Assembly: GCA_963822945.1 (NCBI GenBank)
Contig: CAWGJO010000014.1
Span: 14,456 to 78,455 of the forward strand
Length of the DNA: 64,000 bases
Direction: 5' to 3'
From: an uncultured Gemmatimonadaceae bacterium
Lineage (GTDB): Bacteria; Gemmatimonadota; Gemmatimonadetes; Gemmatimonadales; Gemmatimonadaceae
Of this stretch, positions 1-13,440 are shown piece after piece (the first letter of the stretch is position 1; the number at the start of each line of letters is the position of its first letter). Under the pieces are notes generated by a model, which saw only the letters and a list, made by a program, of their open reading frames with translations, made no database searches and had not been told where the DNA came from. A program made the translations under genes and the position numbers.

Positions 1-902
1 TGCCCGATGATCGTCCGCTTCTTCTCGGGATCCTCGACGCCCTGCAGCGCGTCGAGAAACCGCCGCGATGCGTCCACGGTCACGAGGTCGATGCCGAGAT
101 ACGACCGGAAGGTGCGCTCCACCTGGTCGCGCTCGTGCAGCCGCAGCAACCCGGTATCGACGAACATGCAGGTGAGCTGATCCCCGATGGCGCGATGCAC
201 GAGGGTCGCCGCCACCGCCGAATCGACGCCGCCCGACAACCCGCAGATCACGCGCTTGTCGCCGACCAGGGCGCGGATCTTCGCCACCTCCTCGTCGATG
301 AAGGCGCCGGGCGTCCACGTCGGCTCCGCGCCGCACACCTGGAACAGGAAGTTGGCGATCAGCTCGGTGCCGCGCGCCGTGTGCGCCACCTCGGGGTGGA
401 ATTGCACGCCGTAGAGCGGGCGGGTCTCGTGCCGGTACGCGGCGACCGGCGAGTTGGTGCTGCGCGCGATGGCCACGAAGCCCGGGGGGAGCGCGCGGAC
501 CTGGTCGCCGTGGCTCATCCAGGCCGAGAACGCCTCGCCGGCATCGAACCCCTGGAACAACGGGTCTCCCCCGACGACGGTCACCTCGGCACGCCCGTAC
601 TCCCGCTGCGTGGCGTGCGTGACGTCGCCGCCCAGCAGATGGGCCATGAGATTCATCCCGTAGCACACGCCGAGCACCGGCGCGATGTCCAGCACTTCGG
701 GGGCGACGGTCGGCGCGCCCGCATCGTACACCGAGTTCGGCCCGCCGCTCAGGATGATGCCCGTGGGCTTCCAGTCCCGGATCCACTCGGCGGTGCGCGT
801 CGGCGGGTGAATCTCGGAGTACACGCGGGCTTCGCGCACGCGGCGTGCGATGAGTTGCGTGTACTGCGAGCCGTAGTCGATGATCAGGATGCGGGAAGAC
901 AC
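1..902 (-). CDS. guaA: GMP synthase (glutamine-hydrolysing), N-terminal part; runs off window start
   Basis: Manual translation from GTG at 902: [55 protein letters not shown] (GATase plus ATP-pyrophosphatase motifs). Not in the ORF track because it is truncated. Confidence 0.96.
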   Translation of the reverse strand, partial: MSSRILIIDYGSQYTQLIARRVREARVYSEIHPPTRTAEWIRDWKPTGIILSGGPNSVYDAGAPTVAPEVLDIAPVLGVCYGMNLMAHLLGGDVTHATQREYGRAEVTVVGGDPLFQGFDAGEAFSAWMSHGDQVRALPPGFVAIARSTNSPVAAYRHETRPLYGVQFHPEVAHTARGTELIANFLFQVCGAEPTWTPGAFIDEEVAKIRALVGDKRVICGLSGGVDSAVAATLVHRAIGDQLTCMFVDTGLLRLHERDQVERTFRSYLGIDLVTVDASRRFLDALQGVEDPEKKRTIIG

Positions 903-933
903 GAAGGGGAATCCGAGAGCGGGAGGCGGCGCG

Positions 934-1442
934 TCAGTACTTCCAGTGCGCCGAGTCGAGGGAGAGGAAATCGACGTGCTTGCTGTCCAGGTCGAGGATC
1001 GCGGCCTGCGGCGTGCCGTGGATCCAGCCGCACGCCTCGCCCGGATTCAGAATCAGCGTGTCACCGCGCGTCTTCATTTCCTGTTGATGGGTGGCGCCGT
1101 GAATCACGATCGAGTGGGCCTCGAGCGACCGTTGCTGGACGTCGCCGATGTCGTGCACGATCAGAATGCGGTCGCCGCCCACGTCGAAGCTGTGCGGCGA
1201 TTCGAACAACTCGAGGCCGATCCCCGCGCTGGCGCGGGTGCTCAGCCCCTCGGGGTCCCCGTCGTTGCGTCCGAAGACGCCGGCCAGGGTCATGTGGGAT
1301 TCCTCGAACGGCTTGAGGACGAACGGCGAACAGAAATCGCCGGCGTGGAACACCATCGTCACGCCGCCCTCCGCCATCTGGCGGATGAGCTCGGCCACCG
1401 CCGGGACCCGATCGTGTGAATCGGACATCACGCCAACGCGCA

Positions 1443-1443
<1 letters not shown>
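934..1443 (-). CDS. YfcE/MJ0936-family metallophosphoesterase
   Basis: [18 protein letters not shown] and ILNPGEACG calcineurin-like motifs; 169 aa. Confidence 0.88.
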
Positions 1444-4201
<2,758 letters not shown>

Positions 4202-5467
4202 TCACACCAGCCGGCCCTCGCTCAATCTAACAGTTCGCTCCTCGCCCGAGGCGAGGGATTTCAGAATCAGGGTGCCGTCCTCGCGGACGATCACGGCCTG
4301 CGGCGCCCCGGCCGACGATGCGGCCTTCAACTGGCGGCCCAACTGCTGCGGCCGGAGGGCGTACTCCACGCTCGCGCCGTCGTGGCGGAGCGCCTGGGCC
4401 AGGCGCATCGCCTCCGTGAGCTGCCGGGCGTCGGCGTACGCCACCCAGTAGTCGGGACCGGGAAGCGTGGTGGGCATCAGCCCCCGGTGGCGGAGCAGTT
4501 CGCCCAGCACCACGTCGCCCATGCCGAACCCCAGCGCCGGCAGGTCCACGCCGCCCAGCGACTTCAGCAGCGTGTCGTATCGGCCACCGCCGCAGATGGC
4601 CCGGAACTCCCCGTGCGCGTCGAACAGCTCGAACACGATGCCCGTGTAGTACGCGAGCCCCCGCACGATCTTGAGATCGAGTTCCACCCAGGGCCCCACG
4701 CCGAGCGCGTCGAGGTAGGCGAAGTAGCGTTCGAGTTCGCCCAGTCGCTCGTTGACCTCGGCGTTCGCGCCGTACTCCTCGCGCAATCCGTCGAGCGACA
4801 CCCGGCCGGTGAGTCCCACGATGCGGTCGATCGCGCCGCCGCTCAGGCCGAGCGCGGCCAGCTTCTCGCGCGAGACGTCCAGCGGCTGGCGTTCGATCTT
4901 GTCGATCACCGCGAACACGCCCGGCGCGCGGTCGTCGCCGACGTCGAGCGTGGCCAGCAGCGCGCGCAGTAGCTGCCGATCGGACACCCGGGCGCGCACG
5001 TCGTTCTGCGTGAGCTGCAGGGCGCGCATGATCTCCACGGCGACCGCCAGCAGTTCGGCGTCGGCCGTGACGTCGGCCTCGCCGACGATGTCCACGTTGA
5101 GTTGGAAGTGTTCGCGCAGCCGTCCCTTCTGCTGCCGCTCGTAGCGGAACAGTTGCGGCACCGAGAACCACCGCACCGGCTTGCGCAGCGCGTTGGCTTT
5201 GGCGGCCACCATGCGGGCGAAGGTGGGCGTCATCTCCGGACGCAGCGACACCTCGCGTCCACCCTTGTCGGTGAAGTTGTAGAGCTGGCCGACGATCTCA
5301 TCGCCGCTCTTCTTCGTGTACAGGTCGAGCGGCTCCAGGGGCGGCCCGTCGTATTCCACGAACGCGAACCGGCGCGCCACGTCGCGCCATCTGTTGACGA
5401 TGAATTCGCGCTCGGCGAATTCCTGCGGATAGAAATCCCGGAAGCCGGGAAGCGCGCCTTTGGCCAT
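4202..5467 (-). CDS. hisS: Histidyl-tRNA synthetase
   Basis: PGFRDFYP, LRPEMTP, FRYERQQKGRLREHFQ, RGLAYYTG, GGGRYD; start MAKGALPG at 5467. Confidence 0.96.
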   Translation of the reverse strand: MAKGALPGFRDFYPQEFAEREFIVNRWRDVARRFAFVEYDGPPLEPLDLYTKKSGDEIVGQLYNFTDKGGREVSLRPEMTPTFARMVAAKANALRKPVRWFSVPQLFRYERQQKGRLREHFQLNVDIVGEADVTADAELLAVAVEIMRALQLTQNDVRARVSDRQLLRALLATLDVGDDRAPGVFAVIDKIERQPLDVSREKLAALGLSGGAIDRIVGLTGRVSLDGLREEYGANAEVNERLGELERYFAYLDALGVGPWVELDLKIVRGLAYYTGIVFELFDAHGEFRAICGGGRYDTLLKSLGGVDLPALGFGMGDVVLGELLRHRGLMPTTLPGPDYWVAYADARQLTEAMRLAQALRHDGASVEYALRPQQLGRQLKAASSAGAPQAVIVREDGTLILKSLASGEERTVRLSEGRLV

Positions 5468-5475
5468 CCCTAAAC

Positions 5476-6765
5476 CTATTGGGCAAGCGGAGATACGTGC
5501 AAGCGCAACATGGCATCTCCCACCGTGTGGAACGAGCCGGTGACGAGCACCGTCGCCCCCGTCCGTCCGGCGCTCGCCAGGGCGGCATCGAAGTCCGGCT
5601 CGGCTTCGTACGCCCACCCCCGGTCGGCGGCGAATGCCGCCACCTCGGCGAGCGTCCATGCCCGGCTCTCGGGCGCCGTCGGGGCGTTGGTGAATACGAA
5701 GCGCGCCACCCGCGGCGCCAGCGCGTCGAGCATCTCGCGCCAGTCCTTGTCGCCGAGGGCGCAGACCAGCGCCACCACCGGGGCCGGCGGCTCCACTCGG
5801 CTCAGCGTCTGCGCCAACACGCGTGCCCCGTCGCCGTTGTGCGCGACATCGAACAGATACCGGCCGGCTTGCTGGAAGCGCCCCGGAATGTGGATCGCGG
5901 CCAGCCGCGATTCGGCGTCGGCAAGCGAGACGGCGAACCGCGGTCCGGCGGCGTCGAGCCACTCCAGCGTGAAGGCGAGATTGGCGGCCTGGTGGGCGCC
6001 GGTGAGCGGGGTGCGCAGGCGCCGCCGGTCGCCGAGCGCGGTGAGCACGAACTCGGTGCCGTGCCCATCCACCGTCAACTCCTCGACGCGCGTGCGCTCC
6101 GCCACCACGCGCACGTCGGACGCACCGGCCGCTCGGGCGCGCGCCGCCAGCAGCTCGCGAATGCGCCGATCGGGCTCACCGATCACCGCCGGCCGGCCCG
6201 GCTTGAAGATGCCCGCCTTCTCACTCGCGATCTCGTCCAGCGTCTCGCCCAAGTACTCGGTGTGATCGAACCCGATGGAGATGACCCCGGCGGCGGCGGG
6301 ATCCACCACGTTCGTCGTGTCGAGGCGCCCGCCCAGGCCCGTCTCGATGAGCCCGACATCCACGCCCTGATCCCGGAAGTACGCGAACGCCAGCACGGTC
6401 GTGGCCTCGAAGAACGTGCCCCCGATGCGTTCGACCAGCGGCGTCCACCGCTCCACGAACGACACCACCTCCTGCCCCGGAATCGCAGCGTCGTCGACCA
6501 TGATGCGCTCGCGAAAATCCACCAGATGGGGTGAGGTGTACTTGCCCACACGCAGGCCGCGGCCCCGCAGGAGGGCGGCGGCGGTCGCCACGGCGCTTCC
6601 CTTTCCGTTGGTGCCCGCCACGTGCAGCACGGGGAACGCGCGGTGCGGATTGCCGAGCGCATCGAGCAGCGTCTCGGTGCGCTCCAGGCCGAACTTGTAG
6701 CCGCTGGTGGTCCGCGCAAAGAGATACTGCAGCGCGTCCTGGTACCGGATCAGGTCGACGTCCAC
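5476..6765 (-). CDS. folC: Folylpolyglutamate/dihydrofolate synthase
   Basis: HVAGTNGKGS, YTSPHL, ETGLGGRLDTTNVV, DVAHN, TGSFH; GTG start overlaps the accD end. Confidence 0.94.
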   Translation of the reverse strand: MDVDLIRYQDALQYLFARTTSGYKFGLERTETLLDALGNPHRAFPVLHVAGTNGKGSAVATAAALLRGRGLRVGKYTSPHLVDFRERIMVDDAAIPGQEVVSFVERWTPLVERIGGTFFEATTVLAFAYFRDQGVDVGLIETGLGGRLDTTNVVDPAAAGVISIGFDHTEYLGETLDEIASEKAGIFKPGRPAVIGEPDRRIRELLAARARAAGASDVRVVAERTRVEELTVDGHGTEFVLTALGDRRRLRTPLTGAHQAANLAFTLEWLDAAGPRFAVSLADAESRLAAIHIPGRFQQAGRYLFDVAHNGDGARVLAQTLSRVEPPAPVVALVCALGDKDWREMLDALAPRVARFVFTNAPTAPESRAWTLAEVAAFAADRGWAYEAEPDFDAALASAGRTGATVLVTGSFHTVGDAMLRLHVSPLAQ

Positions 6766-7613
6766 CCCGAGGCCGCCGGTTTCCCGGTCATGTGACGGAG
6801 CAGCTGGCTCACCGTCTGCTTGAGGTCCTTGCGGTGCACGACCGTGTCCAGCATGCCGTGGTCGAGCAGGAACTCCGACGTCTGGAATCCCTGGGGGAGA
6901 TCCTGCCCGAGGGTCTGCTTGATGACCCGCGGTCCGGCGAACCCGATCACCGCCCCGGGCTCGGCGATGATCGCATCGCCCAGCATGGCGTAGCTGGCGC
7001 TCACGCCGCCGGTGGTGGGATTGGTGAGGATCGAGACGTACGGTATTCGCCGCTCGGCAAGCTGCGCGAGCACCGCCGACACCTTCGCCATCTGCATCAG
7101 GGAGAGCACGCCCTCCTGCATCCGCGCGCCGCCGGACGCCGACACGATCACCAGCGGATACTTCCGCTCCAACGACCGCTGGCCGAGGCGGGCGATCTTC
7201 TCGCCGACCACCGACCCCATGGAGCCACCCATGAACGCAAAGTCCATGACCCCGAGATTCACCGGGGCGCCGTCCATCATACCGGAGGCGGCGAGGATGG
7301 CATCGGTGTCGCCGGCGTTGTTCGTGGCCTTCTTCAGTCGCGCGGGATAATCCGGAAAGCCGAGCGGATCCGTGGAGCGCAGATCGACCTCGAGTTCTTC
7401 GATGGTGCCGTCGTCGAGGAGGATGGCCGCGTACTCGTGCGCCCGGATGCGGCGGTGATGCTCGCAATTCGGGCACACGTTGAGGTTGCGCACGAACTTC
7501 TCGCGAATGTCCGTGTGCCCGCAGGCCTCGCACTTTTCCCAGACGTCCGCGGGGATCTCGAGCTTCTCGCGCCGCGGCTGGCGGGGCTTCTTCTCCTTCC
7601 GGAACCAAGCCAT
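6750..7613 (-). CDS. accD: Acetyl-CoA carboxylase carboxyltransferase beta subunit
   Basis: Zn finger CEAC...CPNC, FMGGSMG, SGGARMQEG, PTTGGVSASYA, IGFAGPRVI. Confidence 0.96.
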   Translation of the reverse strand: MAWFRKEKKPRQPRREKLEIPADVWEKCEACGHTDIREKFVRNLNVCPNCEHHRRIRAHEYAAILLDDGTIEELEVDLRSTDPLGFPDYPARLKKATNNAGDTDAILAASGMMDGAPVNLGVMDFAFMGGSMGSVVGEKIARLGQRSLERKYPLVIVSASGGARMQEGVLSLMQMAKVSAVLAQLAERRIPYVSILTNPTTGGVSASYAMLGDAIIAEPGAVIGFAGPRVIKQTLGQDLPQGFQTSEFLLDHGMLDTVVHRKDLKQTVSQLLRHMTGKPAASGWTST

Positions 7614-7659
7614 CAGTCAAATCTGGGGGGCCTCCCCCGGCGGGGGAAGTGCCGGCGGA

Positions 7660-8916
7660 TCAGAGGGCGATCTGCCCGGTTCCGGCGCCTCGCCCCTCAC
7701 CGGAAATCCGCAGCAGCACGCCGACCGCCAGCCAACTCGCGAACATGAACGATCCCCCGTAACTGAAGAACGGCAGGGGGATGCCGGTGACCGGCGTGAG
7801 GTTGAGCGTCATTCCCACGTTCTCCACCACGTGCGTAAGCCACATCGCGAGGAGACCGAACGCCACCAGGCTGCTGTAGGAATCGCTCGCCCGCGCGGCC
7901 ACGCGCACGACGCGGTAGAACAGGAACGCGAACAACGCCAGCGCCACCGTCACGCCGACGAACCCCAGTTCCTCGCCCACCACCGAGAAGATGAAGTCGG
8001 TGTGCTGCTCCGGCAGGAACGCCAGACGCTTCTGGGTCCCCATCGTGAATCCCTTCCCGAACCATCCCCCCGAACCGATGGCCACCTGCGACTGGATCAC
8101 GTGATAGCCGGTGCGCAGGGGATCGCTGTTGGGATCGAGGAATACCCGCAGCCGCGACTGCCGGTACGCGCCGAGGTGATCCCAGAGTAACGGCGCCACG
8201 ACGCCGGCGATCACGTTGGCCGTGACGATGGAGACGCTCTCCCACAAGTACGGCTTGTACCAGAGCACCAGCGCCAGCAGCAGCATGAACCAGGCGCCCC
8301 AGAGGCTGGTGTTGAACGCCAGCACCAGACTGATCACGGGACTGGCCACGAGCGCCAGCAATTCCCACGACACGCCCGCCCAGAACAGCATCAGGAAGAA
8401 GATGCCGATGAACACGATGCCCGTGCCGAGATCCGGTTGCAGCATGATCTCCAACCACGGAATGCCCACGATGAGCGCCGGCTTCCACAGCTCGACGAGC
8501 GATTTCGGCGCCTCGCGATTGGCGGCCAGCACCTTGGCCAGCATCATCACCACGGTGATCTTGGCCAGCTCGGATGGCTGCCCCAGCCGCACCCCGCCGA
8601 TCACCAGCCAGCTCTTCGTGCCCGCCGCGGTGCCCGACCCCTTGCCGAAGAAGAACAGCATGAAGAGCACGAGGATGGTGCCCACGTACGCCGGCACCGT
8701 TGCCCATTCGAACAGCCGTACGGACGCCCGGCTCACCGCGAACGCCCCGATCAACCCCAGCGTGAACCAGAGAATCTGCTGCCGGTATACGTGCGCCACG
8801 GCCGTCGGAACGTCCGTCTGGCCGGCCGAATACACGATGGCGATCCCGTACGCCGAGAGAATCAGCGCCACGACCATCAGTGGCCAGTCGAGGGTAATGC
8901 GGCGGCCGGCGCTCAT
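7660..8916 (-). CDS. rodA: Rod shape-determining protein RodA (SEDS family)
   Basis: QPSELAK, QPDLGT, PEQHTDFIFS, GEELGFVG, PFFSYGGS; downstream of PBP2. Confidence 0.95.
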   Translation of the reverse strand: MSAGRRITLDWPLMVVALILSAYGIAIVYSAGQTDVPTAVAHVYRQQILWFTLGLIGAFAVSRASVRLFEWATVPAYVGTILVLFMLFFFGKGSGTAAGTKSWLVIGGVRLGQPSELAKITVVMMLAKVLAANREAPKSLVELWKPALIVGIPWLEIMLQPDLGTGIVFIGIFFLMLFWAGVSWELLALVASPVISLVLAFNTSLWGAWFMLLLALVLWYKPYLWESVSIVTANVIAGVVAPLLWDHLGAYRQSRLRVFLDPNSDPLRTGYHVIQSQVAIGSGGWFGKGFTMGTQKRLAFLPEQHTDFIFSVVGEELGFVGVTVALALFAFLFYRVVRVAARASDSYSSLVAFGLLAMWLTHVVENVGMTLNLTPVTGIPLPFFSYGGSFMFASWLAVGVLLRISGEGRGAGTGQIAL

Positions 8917-10697
8917 CCGCCGGTCTCCACGAGCGTGGTGACCGTGGACTTGAGGTAGTGCCCGATGATCGACGATGCGATGCGGGCGGCCCGGGGGCCG
9001 TGCCCGCCGAACTCCAGCATCACCACGACGACGATCTTCGGATCCTCGGCCGGCGCGAATCCGGCGAACCAGGCGTGGTTCAGTTCCACGCCGTTTCGCC
9101 GCACGCCGCTCTGCGCGGTGCCCGTCTTACCGGCCAGCTGCACGCCCTTGATCTGCGCGCTCGCGGCGGTGCCGCCGGTCTCCACCACCCCTTCGAGCGC
9201 GTTGCGCAGGTTTCGCAACTGGGTGTCATCGAGCGTGAAGATCCGCTCGAGTTTCGGTGGCTGCGTGGCGACCTCCGGCGTCGCCTCCACCCCGTTCTCG
9301 GCGAGCGCCGTGTAGAACTTGGCCATCCCCAGCACCGTCTGCGCGTCCTCGCCCTGGCCGATGGACATGTTCATGACCGTCGCCCCCGGGGTCCAGCCGC
9401 GTGGACCATACTTCTGATCGAAGTACTGCAGCCGATCCGGAAACCGCGGCCGGCTGTCCTCGGGCAGGTCGATTCCCGTGGGGGTGCTGAACCCGAGTCG
9501 CACACCACCGGCGATGAGCCGGGAGAGCCCGATGCGCAGCCCGAGCTGGTAGAAGTAGACGTCACACGACTTCTCGATGGCCTGGCTGAGCGTGAGATCG
9601 CCGTGCCCGGCGGGATCCCAACAGGCCCAGTACCGGTCGCCGTAGAAGTAGCGCCCCGTGCACGGCTGCGGCATGTGGTCGCCCATGTTCACGAGGCTGT
9701 CCTCGAGGCCGATCACGGCCGTGGCCAGCTTCCAGGTGGAGCCCGGGGGGTAGGTGCCCTGCGTCGCCTTGTTGTAGAGCGGTGATCGCGGATCGTTGAG
9801 CAGCGAGTCGTAGTACGCGATCGACACGCCGCCGACGAACCGATTCGGATCCCAGCTCGGCGCGCTGTAGAGCGCCAGCACGGCGCCGGTGCGCGGCTCG
9901 AGCGCCACCGCTCCCCCGGTGAGCGAATCGCCGAACAGGTGCGCGACGTATTCCTGCAGGTCGAGATCGATGTTCGTGTACAGCGGCTTGCCCTGCTGCG
10001 GTTCGAGGTCCTCCCGCGCGCCCACTTCCCGCACCACCCGTCCGCGGGCATCCACCTCCACGAACCGGCTCCCCTCGCGGCCGCGCAGCGTCGATTCGTA
10101 TTCGCGCTCCAGCCCCTGCTTTCCCACGAGCTGGCCCGGCTTGTACCCGTCGAACGCCGGCGTGGCCAGTTCCGAGTCACTCACCTCGCCGATCGTTCCG
10201 ACGAAGGCGGAGACATCGCCGCCCGCGGGATACGCCCGCTTGGGCGACGACTGGATGATCAGGTTCGGGAAATCGATCCGGTGCTCTTCCAGCACCGAGA
10301 TCTCGTCGAACGTCGCGTCGGGCAGGATCACCGTGGGGCGCACCGGGCTCCGGTTGTAGCGGCGCACGGCGGCGTCGATCTCGCCGCGGCTCAACGGCAC
10401 CATCTCGGCCACGCGCCGCAGCGTGCCGCGCAGGGAATCGAGCGACTGCGGCAGAATCGAGACCGTGTACCCCACCACGTTCTCGGCAATGATCCGGCCC
10501 GTGCGGTCGAAGATGTTTCCACGCGGCGCCGGCAGGGGCACTTCCCGGAGGCGGTTCTCCTCCGACCGCAGCGCCCACTCCTGATTCCGGATCACCTGCG
10601 TGCGGAAGAACGCGAGGAGGAGGACACTGAGCGCCAACCCGATGAGCCCCATCGCAACCCGCGCCCGGTGCGCGACGGCGTTCGGGTGGAAGCTCAC
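8913..10697 (-). CDS. mrdA: Penicillin-binding protein 2
   Basis: APRGNIFDR, PGSTWK (SxxK), SCD (SxN/D), KTGTAQ; GTG start overlaps the mreD stop. Confidence 0.94.
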   Translation of the reverse strand: MSFHPNAVAHRARVAMGLIGLALSVLLLAFFRTQVIRNQEWALRSEENRLREVPLPAPRGNIFDRTGRIIAENVVGYTVSILPQSLDSLRGTLRRVAEMVPLSRGEIDAAVRRYNRSPVRPTVILPDATFDEISVLEEHRIDFPNLIIQSSPKRAYPAGGDVSAFVGTIGEVSDSELATPAFDGYKPGQLVGKQGLEREYESTLRGREGSRFVEVDARGRVVREVGAREDLEPQQGKPLYTNIDLDLQEYVAHLFGDSLTGGAVALEPRTGAVLALYSAPSWDPNRFVGGVSIAYYDSLLNDPRSPLYNKATQGTYPPGSTWKLATAVIGLEDSLVNMGDHMPQPCTGRYFYGDRYWACWDPAGHGDLTLSQAIEKSCDVYFYQLGLRIGLSRLIAGGVRLGFSTPTGIDLPEDSRPRFPDRLQYFDQKYGPRGWTPGATVMNMSIGQGEDAQTVLGMAKFYTALAENGVEATPEVATQPPKLERIFTLDDTQLRNLRNALEGVVETGGTAASAQIKGVQLAGKTGTAQSGVRRNGVELNHAWFAGFAPAEDPKIVVVVMLEFGGHGPRAARIASSIIGHYLKSTVTTLVETGG

Positions 10698-11182
10698 GCT
10701 TCCGCGTCTCCCCCGAGCGGGCGCAGGATGGCCATCGCGACCATGCCCACCACCGCCGTCAGGATGGCCGACAGCACCGACCAGAACAGCAGTTGCGCTA
10801 TCAGAGCGCCGAACCCCATGTCGTGCTTCGCCAGCACGTACACGATGTCGAAGGCCCACTTGCCCAGAAACAGGAACGCCGCGTTGATGGCGACGTTGTC
10901 GGCGAAGAACATGCCCTTGAGCCACGACGCGCCGAACCCCACCACCGCCATGGCGAGCGCGCCGGCACCGAATCCGCTCAGCAGCAGCGAGTCGGTGGCC
11001 AGCCCCAGCCCGAACCCGAGCACCGCCGCCCAACCGGGACGCAGCCGCACGGCGGCATACAGCACGGCCATCACGAGGAAGTCGGGCGACGCACGCCAGG
11101 GAATCAGTGGCTGCACCACGAACTGCAGCACCACGAGTACCACGACCACCGCCCCGGTGCGGATCGCGTGCCGCGCGCTCAC
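10694..11182 (-). CDS. mreD: Rod shape-determining protein MreD
   Basis: About 160 aa hydrophobic protein with SPDFLV and GFGLGLATD, between mreC and mrdA. Confidence 0.88.
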   Translation of the reverse strand: MSARHAIRTGAVVVVLVVLQFVVQPLIPWRASPDFLVMAVLYAAVRLRPGWAAVLGFGLGLATDSLLLSGFGAGALAMAVVGFGASWLKGMFFADNVAINAAFLFLGKWAFDIVYVLAKHDMGFGALIAQLLFWSVLSAILTAVVGMVAMAILRPLGGDAEA

Positions 11183-12171
11183 CGCGGCCCCCCGCCCGGC
11201 GGACGCCGGGTCGTATCGATGCGCGCGCTGTCGGCGCGAGCCCGGCGGCGGAGCGCCTCGAGTTCGGCCGCGTGCCGGGCCAGCGAATCGGCCACCACGG
11301 TCATCCGGTGCTGCGCCGAATCGACGGTGGCGCTGTCCGCCCATGCATCGCCCACACTCTGCTGCGATCGATCGGGCGTCATCACCATTACCGAGTTCAC
11401 GTTGGCGGGATTCACGGCCGGTCGGAGGAGATACGTGCGCGACCAACCCTCGGTGGTCCGAATCTCCGCCATCACCGTGCCCACGGGAATGCCCCGCGGA
11501 AAGGTGCCGCCGAGCCCCGACGTGATGATCTCGGTGCCGGGCTTGAGCAGGGTCCGGAAGGCGACGTTCCGCAATTCGAGCAGGTACCCCGCGGATCCCG
11601 ACCCGGCATGCGGGTACACGATGCCGAACACCGCCCCGTCCAGCGTCATCGCGCTGACACGAAAATCGGGGTGGGAGAACAGCATGACGATGCTCGTGGT
11701 GGGATCGGCCGACTGGACGAGGCCGATCACGCCGTCCGGTCCGACCACGGGACTGTACGTCGAGATTCCGGCGTTGCTTCCCGCGCTCAACACCAGGGAG
11801 GTGATCACGTCTCCCGGGCGTCCGTGCTCCTGCAGCGCCACGGCGGGAATGATGCCCCACTTGAGCCGGCCGCCCAGGCCGAGGAGGTGGCGCAGCCGGT
11901 CGTTCTCCAGCCGCAGCGCCTTCGCCTCATCCGCGGCCGCCACCAGCGTATCGCGCCCCAGGGCCAGCTTCTCGGATTCGAGCCACGCCACCCGCCACTG
12001 CTTCGCCCCGCGCTGCACCGTGACCAGCGGGGCCATCAGGGTGCGCCGCAGCGCCCCCGAGATCGGCGCGCGCGCGTCGGGCGGGAGCGCCATCGCGAAC
12101 ACCGAGAGGACGATGCACAACGCGAGGACCGCGATGTCGGCCCGGGTGCCGGAACGAGCGGCGCGTGCCAC
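11179..12171 (-). CDS. mreC: Rod shape-determining protein MreC
   Basis: N-terminal TM segment, ENDRLRHLL coiled coil, TSGLGGTFPRGIPVG. Confidence 0.92.
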   Translation of the reverse strand: MARAARSGTRADIAVLALCIVLSVFAMALPPDARAPISGALRRTLMAPLVTVQRGAKQWRVAWLESEKLALGRDTLVAAADEAKALRLENDRLRHLLGLGGRLKWGIIPAVALQEHGRPGDVITSLVLSAGSNAGISTYSPVVGPDGVIGLVQSADPTTSIVMLFSHPDFRVSAMTLDGAVFGIVYPHAGSGSAGYLLELRNVAFRTLLKPGTEIITSGLGGTFPRGIPVGTVMAEIRTTEGWSRTYLLRPAVNPANVNSVMVMTPDRSQQSVGDAWADSATVDSAQHRMTVVADSLARHAAELEALRRRARADSARIDTTRRPPGGGPR

Positions 12172-12180
12172 GACCAGTCC

Positions 12181-13218
12181 TCAGCTGCTCAGCACGGACC
12201 AGTACTTCTCCTCGTCGTCGAGAATCCGCCCGGTGCCGCGTACGACACAGGTAAGCGGGTCCTCGTCCACGTGAATCGGCAGGCTCGTTTCCTGACTCAA
12301 CAGCAGGTCGAGACCGCGGATCAACGCACCGCCACCCGTCATGACGATGCCGCGATCCACGATGTCGCTGGCCAGCTCGGGGGGCGTGATTTCCAGCGCG
12401 CGGCGCACGGCGTCCACGATCTGCTGCACCGGTTCCTGGATCGCTTCGCGGATCTCGCTGGAGTGCACGCGCACGGTCTTCGGGATTCCGGACACCAGGT
12501 CGCGCCCCTTCACCTCCATCTCCCGCTCGTCGCCCACCGGCGCCGCCGACCCGACCTGGATCTTCACCTGCTCCGCCGTCTGCTCGCCGATCAGCAGGTT
12601 GTAGTTCTTGCGCAGGAATTGCACGATCGCGATGTCGAGCTCGTCGCCGCCCGTGCGGATCGACGTGTCGCTCACGATCCCGGACAGGGCGATGACGGCG
12701 ATCTCCGTGGTGCCGCCGCCGATGTCGATCACCATGTTGCCCGTGGGCGTCTCGACGGGGAGCCCCACGCCGATCGCCGCCGCCATGGGTTCGGCGACCA
12801 TGAACACTTCCTTGGCCCCCGCTCCCATGGCCGAGTCGCGCACGGCGCGCTTTTCGACTTCTGTAATACCGGAGGGCACGCACACGATCACACGCGGCTT
12901 CACCTTGAACACGTGGTTCTCGATGATCAGCGTGAGAAAGTAGCGGAGCATCTTCTCGGTGACGTCGAAGTCGGCGATCACACCGTCCTTCATCGGGCGC
13001 ACCGCGATCACGCCATCGGGCGTGCGCCCCAGCATTCGCTTGGCTTCGAGTCCGACGCTCTTGATCACCTTCGTCTCGCGGTCGATCGCGACGACGGAGG
13101 GCTCGTTGAGCACGATCCCTTCACCCTTCACGTAGATCAGGGTATTCGCCGTGCCGAGATCGACACCGATCGCATTGGCGGGAAACAGAGAGCCCGCTTT
13201 GAAAAAAGGCCAGCGCAT
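12181..13218 (-). CDS. mreB: Actin-like protein MreB
   Basis: [30 protein letters not shown]; start MRWPFFK. Confidence 0.97.
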   Translation of the reverse strand: MRWPFFKAGSLFPANAIGVDLGTANTLIYVKGEGIVLNEPSVVAIDRETKVIKSVGLEAKRMLGRTPDGVIAVRPMKDGVIADFDVTEKMLRYFLTLIIENHVFKVKPRVIVCVPSGITEVEKRAVRDSAMGAGAKEVFMVAEPMAAAIGVGLPVETPTGNMVIDIGGGTTEIAVIALSGIVSDTSIRTGGDELDIAIVQFLRKNYNLLIGEQTAEQVKIQVGSAAPVGDEREMEVKGRDLVSGIPKTVRVHSSEIREAIQEPVQQIVDAVRRALEITPPELASDIVDRGIVMTGGGALIRGLDLLLSQETSLPIHVDEDPLTCVVRGTGRILDDEEKYWSVLSS

Positions 13219-13376
13219 CAGCCGGTAATCTTGACCCGAAGTATGAGGACGGTGGGCGGCGAATCGAGGTCGGCCATCGGCGGCAGTCCGCGAACGTACC
13301 GCCGCAGGGCGATGCCAGCAAGATATTGACTTACCGTAACCTACGCCACTCAAGACGACCCTGCCCCGGGGATGGT

Positions 13377-13415
13377 AAAAGGGGGGCGGGAGCCCATCGG
13401 ACCCCCGCCCCCCTT
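13377..13415 (-). terminator. Intrinsic terminator downstream of ald
   Basis: Minus strand AAGGGGGGCGGG-GGTCCGATGGGCT-CCCGCCCCCCTTTT, about 25 nt after the ald stop. Confidence 0.8.
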
Positions 13416-13440
13416 GCCTGACCTACCACCGCCGTCGACC

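Noticed and set aside
13321..13354. AT-rich patch upstream of mreB
   Set aside because: Probably the mreB promoter region, but I could not fit a convincing -35/-10 pair or operator.
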